A DNA stretch of 51,183 bases from sequence record SRR16203515_1144; one strand, given 5' to 3'. Under the pieces are notes generated by a model that was given only the letters and a program-made list of their open reading frames with translations, was not told the DNA's origin and made no database searches. This document shows, one piece after another, positions 10,445-19,272 of this stretch; the stretch's first letter is position 1; each line of letters opens with the position of its first letter. A program made the position numbers and the translations under genes.

Positions 10445-10972
10445 TTAATTTATGGTCGCCAAATACGCGATAACGTTTGCGCGGTCTTCGATTTTCTTCA
10501 AACCTGCGAAACCCATTTTTGTGCCTGGTGCATATTTTTTGGGGTTTTCAAGGAAACCGTTCAGGTTTTCAGGTGACCAAACGTCTGCAACAGCGCTAAG
10601 CGCACCTGAGTATCCATAACCCGGAACACCATCCACGGCACGTCCGACAACTTGGTACATGTGTGGCCCAGTGCCGTTTTCGCCATCACCTAGTTTGTGG
10701 CATGCTTTACACTTGCCGAAAACTTTTTCACCTTTTGCCACATCCGCTGACGCATAAATAGTTGCAAAATCTACAACTTCTTCTTCCTCAGTTGCTTCTT
10801 CTGCAACGGCAACTTCGATTTCGTAGCCGCTTTTTGCATGATCATCGCCATGGCCGTGTCCACCACCTACGTGATACAGTAGTTCTGCTGCCCACACGCC
10901 AAGAAGGTAAACCAACAATGCGCCACAAAAGCCGCCGATTACTTTGGTAAATGTCATTTGATCCATAGCCAC
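10445..10972 (-). CDS. cycM: Membrane-anchored cytochrome c (c552/cy, CycM-like)
   Basis: N-terminal TM helix, acidic linker, CKACH heme motif, PGTKM axial Met. Confidence 0.88.
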   Translation of the reverse strand: MAMDQMTFTKVIGGFCGALLVYLLGVWAAELLYHVGGGHGHGDDHAKSGYEIEVAVAEEATEEEEVVDFATIYASADVAKGEKVFGKCKACHKLGDGENGTGPHMYQVVGRAVDGVPGYGYSGALSAVADVWSPENLNGFLENPKKYAPGTKMGFAGLKKIEDRANVIAYLATIN

Positions 10973-11075
10973 ATTCCATCTGCTACTGTTTGCGCGGTAT
11001 CTATCCGCTTTCCTACTGCTTATGCAAGGTGTACAAATGCATCCAAACGACGCAGTTAGAGAAAAAAATAAGAAA

Positions 11076-11906
11076 ATGACAAAAAAAATTGCATTCCAAG
11101 GTGCATTAGGCGCCTACAGCCACGAAGCGTGCAATGCTGCGCAACCAGATTTAGAGCCTTTGGCCTGTAAAACGTTCGATCAAGTCATCGCCGCGGTGAA
11201 CTCTGGGCAAGCCGAATATGCAATGCTTCCCGTCGAAAATTCGACGTATGGGCGCGTGGCAGATATTCACCGATTGCTACCAGAAAGCAGTCTACACATT
11301 ATCGATGAAACTTTCACACGCGTGCGGATTTCGGTGATGGCAAACCAAGGGGTTTCCTTGTCCGACGTAAAAGTTGCGCGTGCACATCTGGTCCTACTTC
11401 CGCAGGCGCAAAAATTCTTGGATGAACACAATATTCGCGCTGAAACCGCTGTTGATAGTGCAGGTGCGGCAGCAGAACTGGCCGCCTCTGGCGAAACGGA
11501 TGTCGCCGTGATGGCAAGCGAAATAGCCGCGGATATTTACGGATTAAACGTCCTTGCCCGCAATATCGAAGATCATGGACACAACACCACGCGTTTCTTG
11601 GTCATGTCGACCGAACCAAATCATGAACGCCGCGCGGATACGATGCTAACCACATTTGTGTTTCAAGTGCGCAATATTCCAGCGGCGCTGTATAAGGCGA
11701 TGGGCGGATTCGCGACAAATGGCGTCAACATGACAAAACTTGAAAGCTATATGGTTGGCGGATCATTCACAGCGACACAGTTTTACGCAGATATTGAGGG
11801 GCATCCAGACGATCCCAATGTCAAATTGGCGCTGGACGAACTCGCCTATTTTACGGATTCGATCAAAATATTGGGCGTGTATCCTGCTAGCCCCCTGCGC
11901 GGTTAG
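11076..11906 (+). CDS. pheA: Prephenate dehydratase
   Basis: IAFQGALGAYS, PVENST, NTTRF, NMTKLES (ACT domain). Start set at MTKKIAF (11076). Confidence 0.95.
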   Translation: MTKKIAFQGALGAYSHEACNAAQPDLEPLACKTFDQVIAAVNSGQAEYAMLPVENSTYGRVADIHRLLPESSLHIIDETFTRVRISVMANQGVSLSDVKVARAHLVLLPQAQKFLDEHNIRAETAVDSAGAAAELAASGETDVAVMASEIAADIYGLNVLARNIEDHGHNTTRFLVMSTEPNHERRADTMLTTFVFQVRNIPAALYKAMGGFATNGVNMTKLESYMVGGSFTATQFYADIEGHPDDPNVKLALDELAYFTDSIKILGVYPASPLRG

Positions 11907-12364
11907 GCGGCTGGCATCTGCGCAATGAATTCAGCCAATTTACCAACGCGGGATTTGAAGCGCTGATTAAACTTTGATCGTGCGAGCTTCATGGACTGCA
12001 CCAACAAGCGTGCAGCCAGCGTTTTGGGCTCGAGCACAGAGACAACTTGTATGCGTGTTTGCACCCGAGACAGTGGAATGACTTCGATTTCAAGTCGCGC
12101 ATGCAATGCAGGGTTTACCGCATGAAACTTCATGCTGTTTGGTTCATCAAATTCAATCAAACGAATTTCAACATCGTGCTGACGACCACGGACCTTAAAG
12201 CGGCAATTCCAACCCAAGGTATCTTCGTTCGGATTGCTTTGCGAAATCTGTGACACGTGAACATTGCGTTTAATTGCAATACGTTCAAATGTTTCGAAAT
12301 TCGAAAGGCGCGCAAACACCTCAGCCTGTGGCAGTTTTAAATCTTCTTACGCTGAAAACTTCAT
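11903..12364 (-). pseudogene. SRPBCC/START-like hypothetical protein with a premature stop at codon 6
   Basis: From ATG 12364 reads MKFSA*EDLKLPQAEVFARLSNFETFER...; TAA at 12347-12349 is in frame with the 11903..12319 ORF. The N-terminus resembles family MKFS.KED....VF..LSDF..FER. Confidence 0.65.
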
Positions 12365-12394
12365 ACTCGTGCCGTCTCCCCAACTCTGAATACC

Positions 12395-13345
12395 CTAGTC
12401 CAAGCGATCTGCAAGCCAGTTTTTTATTAAAAAATGCGCAATTGATCCCGGGCGCGCGGGGAAAAGAGTATCGTTTGTACCCGCAAACACATCCATCATC
12501 TCAGATTTTGAAATCCAAAGTGCATCTTCGATTTCGTGCGGGTCGATTATTATCTGCTTCGATGTCGCATGTCCGTGACACCCGATCATTAGAGAATTTG
12601 GAAATGCCCATGGTTGGCTGGCAAGATACGTAACAGGGCCGACTTCCACATTCGTCTCTTCCAAAACTTCGCGGCGAACGGCGGCTTCAATCGTTTCGCC
12701 TGGCTCTAAAAACCCTGCCAACAACGAATACATTTTTTCGGGAAAATTTGGTGAACGCCCAAGCAGTATGTCATCCCCATGGGTGATCAACATAATCACA
12801 ACTGGATCCGTACGCGGAAAGTGTGATGCACTACAATCGTTACAATTTCGCTGCCACCCCGACTGCGTCATCGCGCTGCGACCGCCACAGCGTGAACAGA
12901 ACCTGTGGTTTTGGTGCCATTGAAACAACGCCCTCCCTGTTGCCGCCAATTCACAATCTCGCGCACTTAGTGCATTCATGCATCCCCGTAACTCAAGAAA
13001 CACATGCGACGCTGGCAAATCAGGATGGCGCTGTTCAGTCGGATCAAAGAACCCAAGCGATTGCGCCTCTTGATCTGATGGCGGTTCCCAATTGGAAATA
13101 TCGGTCGCAAAAAGCATCGTTTCATCATCACGGCCCAAAAATATTTGCGGCGCGTCTGCAAGGATGGGATGTGTGGATGAAAGCATCGCAAGACTTGGGT
13201 TTTCTTTATTCACAACCAAAACCTTGCCACGCCAGATGACAATGGATTGTCCCTTTGAAATGTCCGTTTCTGACAAATTGCCGCGTAGATGTGCCGCGCG
13301 ATCCAATCCAGATCCACCAAATGTAACTGTTTCTGCTAGTTTCAT
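12395..13345 (-). CDS. nudC: NAD(+)/NADH pyrophosphatase NudC
   Basis: Zn ribbon (FCSRCG...CNDC), FPRTDP, Nudix box GFLEPGETIEAAVRREVLEET, SQPW motif. Confidence 0.96.
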   Translation of the reverse strand: MKLAETVTFGGSGLDRAAHLRGNLSETDISKGQSIVIWRGKVLVVNKENPSLAMLSSTHPILADAPQIFLGRDDETMLFATDISNWEPPSDQEAQSLGFFDPTEQRHPDLPASHVFLELRGCMNALSARDCELAATGRALFQWHQNHRFCSRCGGRSAMTQSGWQRNCNDCSASHFPRTDPVVIMLITHGDDILLGRSPNFPEKMYSLLAGFLEPGETIEAAVRREVLEETNVEVGPVTYLASQPWAFPNSLMIGCHGHATSKQIIIDPHEIEDALWISKSEMMDVFAGTNDTLFPARPGSIAHFLIKNWLADRLD

Positions 13346-13416
13346 TTTTTTCCCATCAGTCGTCGTCCAAGCAGGCTTGCATGCAGAGTTAGCACAATCA
13401 ACGCATTTTCGTAGTC

Positions 13417-13445
13417 TTGCAATTATTTGGCCAAGCCTCTAAGTA
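13417..13445 (+). promoter_or_regulatory. Sigma70-type promoter of the SRP RNA
   Basis: TTGCAA-17 nt-TAAGTA ending about 7 nt before the RNA 5' end. Confidence 0.6.
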
Positions 13446-13452
13446 GCCAATC

Positions 13453-13545
13453 GAGAGGTTGGCGCGGGCGAGCGCCTCGCCAACCCGGTCAGGTCCGGAA
13501 GGAAGCAGCCGTAACGAGCCCCGCTTGGGTCGTTGTCAGCCTCTC
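13453..13545 (+). ncRNA. ffs: Signal recognition particle RNA (4.5S, small bacterial type)
   Basis: Conserved helix 8 TCAGGTCCGGAAGGAAGCAGC; terminal pairing GAGAGG/CCTCTC; close to dnaX. Confidence 0.96.
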
Positions 13546-13549
13546 ACCT

Positions 13550-14032
13550 TTATCCCCGTAATGCCCAATCTTTTTGCCGACTGGTTTCAACTGCGCAGGG
13601 TCGAACGGCACGCAACCTGTTCATCGCGCTTTCGCCCTCTTCACCTGCCTCGACCATCAAACGCAAAACGGCCATTCCTGTGCGACCACATCCACCCCGA
13701 CAATGCACAATCACGCGACCACCTGCATTCAAAATCCGATGCAATGTTAGTGAAATTGGGACCCATAGGAAGTCACGATCCGCTGGTGCTGCCTGAAAAT
13801 CATCAACTGGAAAATGCAGCCATTGGATATTTGCGTTTCGCAAATCATCGGGAATATCGACAGAACCCAGTTTCTTCATCTCGGCCTGACCTGTCATGGA
13901 CAGCACGGCATCGGGTTTCCATTGCAACCACGCCGCCATTTCGGTGGCATAATCCCCCTTGGCCCCAGGCAGTGGCGACATCCCAATTGTTCCCGACCCA
14001 AAAGACAATTCAGAAATTTCAAATTCGCTCAT
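13550..14032 (-). CDS. Cys-based protein-tyrosine/dual-specificity phosphatase (CDKN3-like)
   Basis: VHCRGGCGRTG (HCx5R) P-loop, HFPVDDFQAAP acid loop, RPCAVET. Start MSEFEI assumed. Confidence 0.85.
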   Translation of the reverse strand: MSEFEISELSFGSGTIGMSPLPGAKGDYATEMAAWLQWKPDAVLSMTGQAEMKKLGSVDIPDDLRNANIQWLHFPVDDFQAAPADRDFLWVPISLTLHRILNAGGRVIVHCRGGCGRTGMAVLRLMVEAGEEGESAMNRLRAVRPCAVETSRQKDWALRG

Positions 14033-14108
14033 GTCTAACCTCACACATTGCTCTGGACGTTCTAACGATGGCAGCGTAGCTTAGACAAGAGCGAAATTCC
14101 GAGGTCCC

Positions 14109-15866
14109 ATGTCTGACACCACCAACCAAAGCTATCAGGTTCTTGCGCGGAAATACCGACCAGAAACCTTTGCCGATTTGGTCGGTCAAGATGCAATGGT
14201 ACGCACCCTGAAAAATGCATTTTCCGCTGATCGCATTGCGCAGGCATTTATCATGACAGGTATTCGCGGAACAGGTAAAACCACAACCGCCCGCATTATT
14301 GCCAAAGGCATGAATTGTATCGGCCCTGATGGACAAGGCGGCCCAACGACAGACCCCTGCGGCGTGTGTGAACATTGCAGTGCGATTATCGAAGGTCGCC
14401 ATGTGGATGTTATGGAAATGGACGCCGCGAGCCGCACGGGTGTCGACGATATTCGCGAAATCATTGATAGTGTGCATTATCGCGCAGCCTCGGCCAGATA
14501 CAAAATCTACATCATCGACGAAGTTCACATGTTGTCGACCAATGCATTTAATGCCTTGCTAAAGACACTGGAAGAACCGCCTGCGCATGTGAAATTTATC
14601 TTTGCAACCACGGAAATTCGAAAGGTTCCTGTCACAGTCCTCTCACGGTGCCAACGCTTTGACCTACGTCGTATCGAACCTGAGGTTATGATCGCATTGA
14701 TGCGCAAAATCGCAGCGGCAGAATCCGCCGAAATCACCGATGATGCATTGGCCCTCATTACCCGCGCTGCCGAGGGGTCCGCAAGAGATGCAACATCCTT
14801 GTTAGATCAAGCAATCAGTCATGGTGCGGGCGAAACAACCGCCGATCAAGTACGGGCAATGCTGGGGTTGGCCGATCGCGGTCGAGTTCTCGACTTATTC
14901 GAAGCAATTATGCGTGGTGATGCATCGGCCGCCTTGGCCGAATTAGGGGCGCAATACAGCGACGGCGCTGATCCAATGGCAATCATGCGTGATTTGGCCG
15001 AAATCACGCATTGGATTTCGGTTGTCAAAATCACACCTGACGCCGCAGATGATCCAACCGTTTCACCAGATGAACGCACACGCGGCGCAACATTGTCAGA
15101 ACAATTGGCAATGCGCGTTTTGACACGCATGTGGCAAATGTTGCTAAAGGCACTGGATGAAGTTGCGCAGGCCCCAAATTCAATGATGGCGGCGGAAATG
15201 GCGATCATTCGGTTGACGCATGTGGCCGACCTACCCTCACCCGAAGAATTGGTTAAAAAACTACAGAACTCTTCCCCACCCCCAGCGCCACCATCAGGTG
15301 GGACATCAGGCACCCGTGCTGGAGCAGTAACAAATGCGCAATCCAATGCGGCCGTTGCATCCGCAACAACGGGTGGACCAACAGCATCGTTAGGTTCCGC
15401 ACAACCCGTAACAGAAACGGTATCCGCTCTTGCGCATTTTGCGACGTTCGATGCAGTAGTTGATTTGGTGCGATCGCAACGGGATGTTAAGTTACTGGTA
15501 GAGGTCGAATCGTGTATTCGGCTTGTGTCCTATCAACCTGGTCGCATCGAATTTACGCCAACAAGTGATGCACCCTCTGATTTATCGCAGCGACTTGGTG
15601 GTGCGTTGCAACGTTGGACAGGGGCGCGATGGGCGATCATCCTATCGAACACTGGGACAGCAACCACAATTGCAGAGGATCGAACCGCGGCAGAAGACGC
15701 TATAAAAGCCGAGGCGCAACAGCATCCTTTGATGCAGGCTGCAATAGCAAGTTTCCCAAATGCCAAAATCATTGATATACGCACTGCGGCGGAAATCACG
15801 GCAGATGCAGAGTTAGATGCATTGCCAGAAGTAGAAGACGAATGGGACCCATTCGAAGAAGGTTAA
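14109..15866 (+). CDS. dnaX: DNA polymerase III subunit gamma/tau
   Basis: LARKYRP, GIRGTGKTT, DEVHML, SRCQRF. Confidence 0.98.
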   Translation: MSDTTNQSYQVLARKYRPETFADLVGQDAMVRTLKNAFSADRIAQAFIMTGIRGTGKTTTARIIAKGMNCIGPDGQGGPTTDPCGVCEHCSAIIEGRHVDVMEMDAASRTGVDDIREIIDSVHYRAASARYKIYIIDEVHMLSTNAFNALLKTLEEPPAHVKFIFATTEIRKVPVTVLSRCQRFDLRRIEPEVMIALMRKIAAAESAEITDDALALITRAAEGSARDATSLLDQAISHGAGETTADQVRAMLGLADRGRVLDLFEAIMRGDASAALAELGAQYSDGADPMAIMRDLAEITHWISVVKITPDAADDPTVSPDERTRGATLSEQLAMRVLTRMWQMLLKALDEVAQAPNSMMAAEMAIIRLTHVADLPSPEELVKKLQNSSPPPAPPSGGTSGTRAGAVTNAQSNAAVASATTGGPTASLGSAQPVTETVSALAHFATFDAVVDLVRSQRDVKLLVEVESCIRLVSYQPGRIEFTPTSDAPSDLSQRLGGALQRWTGARWAIILSNTGTATTIAEDRTAAEDAIKAEAQQHPLMQAAIASFPNAKIIDIRTAAEITADAELDALPEVEDEWDPFEEG

Positions 15867-15877
15867 CGGAGTAAGAC

Positions 15878-16222
15878 ATGTTCAAAGGTCTAGGCGCCAT
15901 GGGCGATATGGCAAAATTGATGAAAAACGCCCAAGAAATGCAGGGCAAAGTCGTGCAGATGCAAGAAGAAATGCACAACATTATGGTTGTGGGCGAAGCA
16001 GGCGCAGGACTGGTAAAAGCGACATGCACAGCTAAGGGTGATCTAAAAGGATTGGACATCGACCCATCCATTTTTTCCAAAGATGACAAAGAAGTCGTTG
16101 AGGATTTGATCGTGGCAGCAGTAAAAGATGCCCAAGAAAAAGCATCAGACCGCGAACGCGAAGAGATGCAAAAGCTTACGGAAAGCCTTGGGCTACCACC
16201 TGGGATGAACCTTCCGTTCTAA
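15878..16222 (+). CDS. ybaB: YbaB/EbfC nucleoid-associated protein
   Basis: [17 protein letters not shown]; lies between dnaX and recR. Confidence 0.95.
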   Translation: MFKGLGAMGDMAKLMKNAQEMQGKVVQMQEEMHNIMVVGEAGAGLVKATCTAKGDLKGLDIDPSIFSKDDKEVVEDLIVAAVKDAQEKASDREREEMQKLTESLGLPPGMNLPF

Positions 16223-16226
16223 GGGC

Positions 16227-16820
16227 ATGAGCGGCGCGAAAGATATTCATGATTTGATTGATCTGATGGCCAAGCTTCCGGGGCTTGGCCCGCGTTCAGC
16301 GCGGCGCACCGTTTTACATATGGTGCGCAAGAAAAATTACCTGCTTGCGCCCCTTGCTGACCTGATGCAACAAGTCGCGGCCTCAGCCCGTGAATGCCTG
16401 AATTGTGGAAATATCGGAACCACAGATATCTGTGACATCTGCGATAGCGAGAAACGTGCCAACGGTGAAATCTGTGTTGTAGAAGACGTCGCTGATTTAT
16501 GGGCGATGGAACGCGCGGGCGTATTTCACGGTCGCTATCATGTTTTGGGCGGAACCTTGTCCGCACTTGATGCCATCGGCCCAGATGAATTACGCATTCC
16601 AAAACTAAGGGATCGCATTGCAAGCGAGAGCATTTCCGAAGTCATCTTAGCCCTGAACACAACAATCGATGGTCAGACAACCGCGCATTATATTGCTGAT
16701 GAGCTGGGAAGCGATGTCAACATCACGACCCTTGCCAAGGGTGTCCCAATCGGTGGTGAACTTGACTACCTAGACGATGGAACAATTTCTGCCGCGCTGC
16801 GTGCACGCAAGGCATTCTAA
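16227..16820 (+). CDS. recR: Recombination mediator RecR
   Basis: [12 protein letters not shown] HhH, C4 zinc finger, YHVLGG, Toprim domain. Confidence 0.97.
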   Translation: MSGAKDIHDLIDLMAKLPGLGPRSARRTVLHMVRKKNYLLAPLADLMQQVAASARECLNCGNIGTTDICDICDSEKRANGEICVVEDVADLWAMERAGVFHGRYHVLGGTLSALDAIGPDELRIPKLRDRIASESISEVILALNTTIDGQTTAHYIADELGSDVNITTLAKGVPIGGELDYLDDGTISAALRARKAF

Positions 16821-16826
16821 GAACAT

Positions 16827-16853
16827 AAAAAAACCCGGCACAGTGGCCGGGTT
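16827..16853 (-). terminator. Intrinsic terminator between convergent recR and trcR
   Basis: AACCCGGC/GCCGGGTT stem; the A7 run on + gives a U-tract for the - strand gene. Confidence 0.75.
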
Positions 16854-16860
16854 CATCAAT

Positions 16861-17619
16861 TTATTCGTCTGGCTGTTCGTCGCCTTCATCACCCGGCAGA
16901 TTAAAGAAGCTGTCCGCATCAAGGTATTCGTTGTCATCGCCAGCTTCCTCAGAATTATCTGTCGGATCATTCAGTGAGAAAGCCTCTAACCCTTCGATTG
17001 CTGATGGAATTTTTGGCTCTGCTGGCATATCAAGAGACTGCTCGGTGCTGACCAATTTGCGACGCTCATCGTCAGACATCACAGTACCTTCTGCCGCTTT
17101 TTTGGCTGCTGCTTTTTGCACAGCTAGGTCCAATTCTGACTGCTTACACAAACCCAAGGCAACTGGATCAATCGGCGTGATATTCGCTATGTTCCAATGC
17201 GTCCGTTGGCGGATTGCCTGAATCGTTGGCTTAGTTGTACCAATCAGTTTCGAAATTTGCGCATCGCTTAGTTCTGGGTGGAACTTGACCAACCACAAAA
17301 TAGATGCTGGACGATCCTGACGCTTTGACAATGGTGTATAACGCGGACCGCGACGCTTTTCTTCACCCACCGCAGATGGGTTGAATTTAAGCTTCAATTT
17401 GTGCACAGGGTCTGCCTCACCTTTGGCGATTTCAACTGATTCCAATTGGTTGTTGGCAATTGGATCAAAACCCTTAACACCAACAGCAACATCACCATCT
17501 GCAATGCCCTGAACTTCTAATTCGTGCATTTCGACAAAATCTGCGATCTGCTTGAACGTCAGTGTTGTGTTGTCAACCAGCCAAACGGCTGTTGCGCGTG
17601 CCATGATCGGTTTGGCCAT
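16861..17619 (-). CDS. trcR: DUF1013 family protein / alphaproteobacterial RNAP-associated regulator TrcR
   Basis: PIMARATAVWLVDNTTLTF.QIADF, GPRYTPLSKRQDRP, GTTKPTIQAIR, acidic tail. ATG 17619 is preceded by AAGGAG. Confidence 0.88.
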   Translation of the reverse strand: MAKPIMARATAVWLVDNTTLTFKQIADFVEMHELEVQGIADGDVAVGVKGFDPIANNQLESVEIAKGEADPVHKLKLKFNPSAVGEEKRRGPRYTPLSKRQDRPASILWLVKFHPELSDAQISKLIGTTKPTIQAIRQRTHWNIANITPIDPVALGLCKQSELDLAVQKAAAKKAAEGTVMSDDERRKLVSTEQSLDMPAEPKIPSAIEGLEAFSLNDPTDNSEEAGDDNEYLDADSFFNLPGDEGDEQPDE

Positions 17620-17743
17620 AATGTCTCTCCTTCGCAAAATTTCCCCGTCACCTGCCAAGCAGGCAGCCTTTCACAAGGCGGGTTTCCATTGTAGGGGAAC
17701 TTGAGATGTCTATAACTACTTTCATTTCGAAAGGAAAGAGCGA

Positions 17744-18364
17744 ATGCGTAAACTGGCAATGATCCTGTCTTTATTAGTTCCAGCTCAGCTTTGGGCGGAT
17801 GATTTTGACTACTATGTCCTTTCGCTAAGTTGGTCCGCCAGTTTTTGTGACATTGAAGGCGATGCAAAACAATCGGATCAGTGTAAAGTCCAGCATGACT
17901 ACAAATGGATATTGCATGGGCTTTGGCCACAATATCATCAGGGATGGCCCGCCTACTGTAATACATCTGAACGCCCCCCATCACGCAGGATGACCCGCGA
18001 TATGATCGATATTATGGGCAGCAGCGGGCTTGCTTGGCATCAGTGGAAAAAGCATGGGTCCTGTAGCGGGCTTAGCGCGGAAGAATATTTTACGAAATCA
18101 CGAGAGGCCTACGACACGATCACCCAGCCGAAAGTTTTGAACCGCCTTGATAAATTGGTACGTGTTCCCGCATCGGTCATCGAGGATGCATTTGTGCAAT
18201 CAAATCCATTCTTAGAACGCAACACGATTACCATCACCTGTAAACAAGGGTATATCCAAGAGGCGCGGGTATGCTTGTCAAAATCATTGCACCCCGTCCC
18301 TTGTGGCAGAGATGTGATTAAAGATTGCCAGATGACAAATGCGCTGTTTCCGCCGTCACGCTAA
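17744..18364 (+). CDS. Ribonuclease T2 family (secreted)
   Basis: FDYYVLSLSWS, LHGLWP (CAS I), HQWKKHGSC (CAS II); signal peptide. Confidence 0.95.
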   Translation: MRKLAMILSLLVPAQLWADDFDYYVLSLSWSASFCDIEGDAKQSDQCKVQHDYKWILHGLWPQYHQGWPAYCNTSERPPSRRMTRDMIDIMGSSGLAWHQWKKHGSCSGLSAEEYFTKSREAYDTITQPKVLNRLDKLVRVPASVIEDAFVQSNPFLERNTITITCKQGYIQEARVCLSKSLHPVPCGRDVIKDCQMTNALFPPSR

Positions 18365-19128
18365 GCAAAAAATGCACGCCGGATAAGGTTTACGCCTGCA
18401 ATCATCAAAACAAGTAGTGTCGCCTTCATAAAGACACTTTGATCAATTCGGTCTTGGATCATACGACCAAGGCGCATTCCAAAGATCGCAGCAGGCACCA
18501 AGATCGACGAATAAATTAGGGTGTTCAGATTCAATATCCCGGTTGATAAATGACTAAATGTCAGGGCCAGCGCACCAATGCCATAAATGACACCTTGGGT
18601 TCTAATATGCTCTTTCTTTTCGACATCCATAACTGTCAGATATGCGACTGTTGGCGGACCCCAAACCGCAGATAAGCCGCCGACAAAACCAGCAAACGCA
18701 CCAATGGCTGCATGACTGACCCTCGACTCTTTTTTAACAGGAATACGACGACCTGATAGCTGCAACAGTGAAAAGCCTATCACCATCACACCAATTGCCC
18801 CAAGAAAAAGGGCATTTGGAATAACACGGATCAATTGTGCACTGATCAGCAACACAATCAGCGCTGTTAACATAAAGACACGGAACTTCACGATACTGTT
18901 CCATGCGGCACTTGCACCTTGGCGCAGGGCCTGTTGCCCATTTGTGACCAGTGTTGGCAATATAAGGCCCGCCAATGCAAGCTCGGGCGAGACAACAGAA
19001 CCGAGAATGGAAATCATCACCATTGGGAGCGCAAAGCCAACCACACCTTTAACCAATCCCGCGATCAGTGCACCAATAACGGCGATAACCCATTGGTCAG
19101 GCGTTAATATGGAAATAGCGTCGCTCAT
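18361..19128 (-). CDS. Sulfite exporter TauE/SafE family membrane protein
   Basis: AGLVKGVVGFALP and GGLSAVWGPP motifs; multiple TM helices. Confidence 0.85.
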   Translation of the reverse strand: MSDAISILTPDQWVIAVIGALIAGLVKGVVGFALPMVMISILGSVVSPELALAGLILPTLVTNGQQALRQGASAAWNSIVKFRVFMLTALIVLLISAQLIRVIPNALFLGAIGVMVIGFSLLQLSGRRIPVKKESRVSHAAIGAFAGFVGGLSAVWGPPTVAYLTVMDVEKKEHIRTQGVIYGIGALALTFSHLSTGILNLNTLIYSSILVPAAIFGMRLGRMIQDRIDQSVFMKATLLVLMIAGVNLIRRAFFA

Positions 19129-19272
19129 AGCGCGGGTGTAGCATATGGCAACATCGCGTCCAGCGTTATTTCGTCACGTAATTTTTGATCAATATTGACG
19201 CATGGTTGGTATTTTTGTTGCGCTGCAACTGCGAAATAGTTAGGATCTTCCCACTGTATAAGGAGTTGATAC

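Noticed and set aside
13459-14079. 206-aa + strand ORF
   Set aside because: Overlaps the SRP RNA and is antisense to the phosphatase; no recognisable motifs.
15250-15265. A6 run in dnaX as a programmed -1 frameshift site
   Set aside because: Not the A AAA AAG heptamer, and I see no clear stimulatory SD or hairpin.
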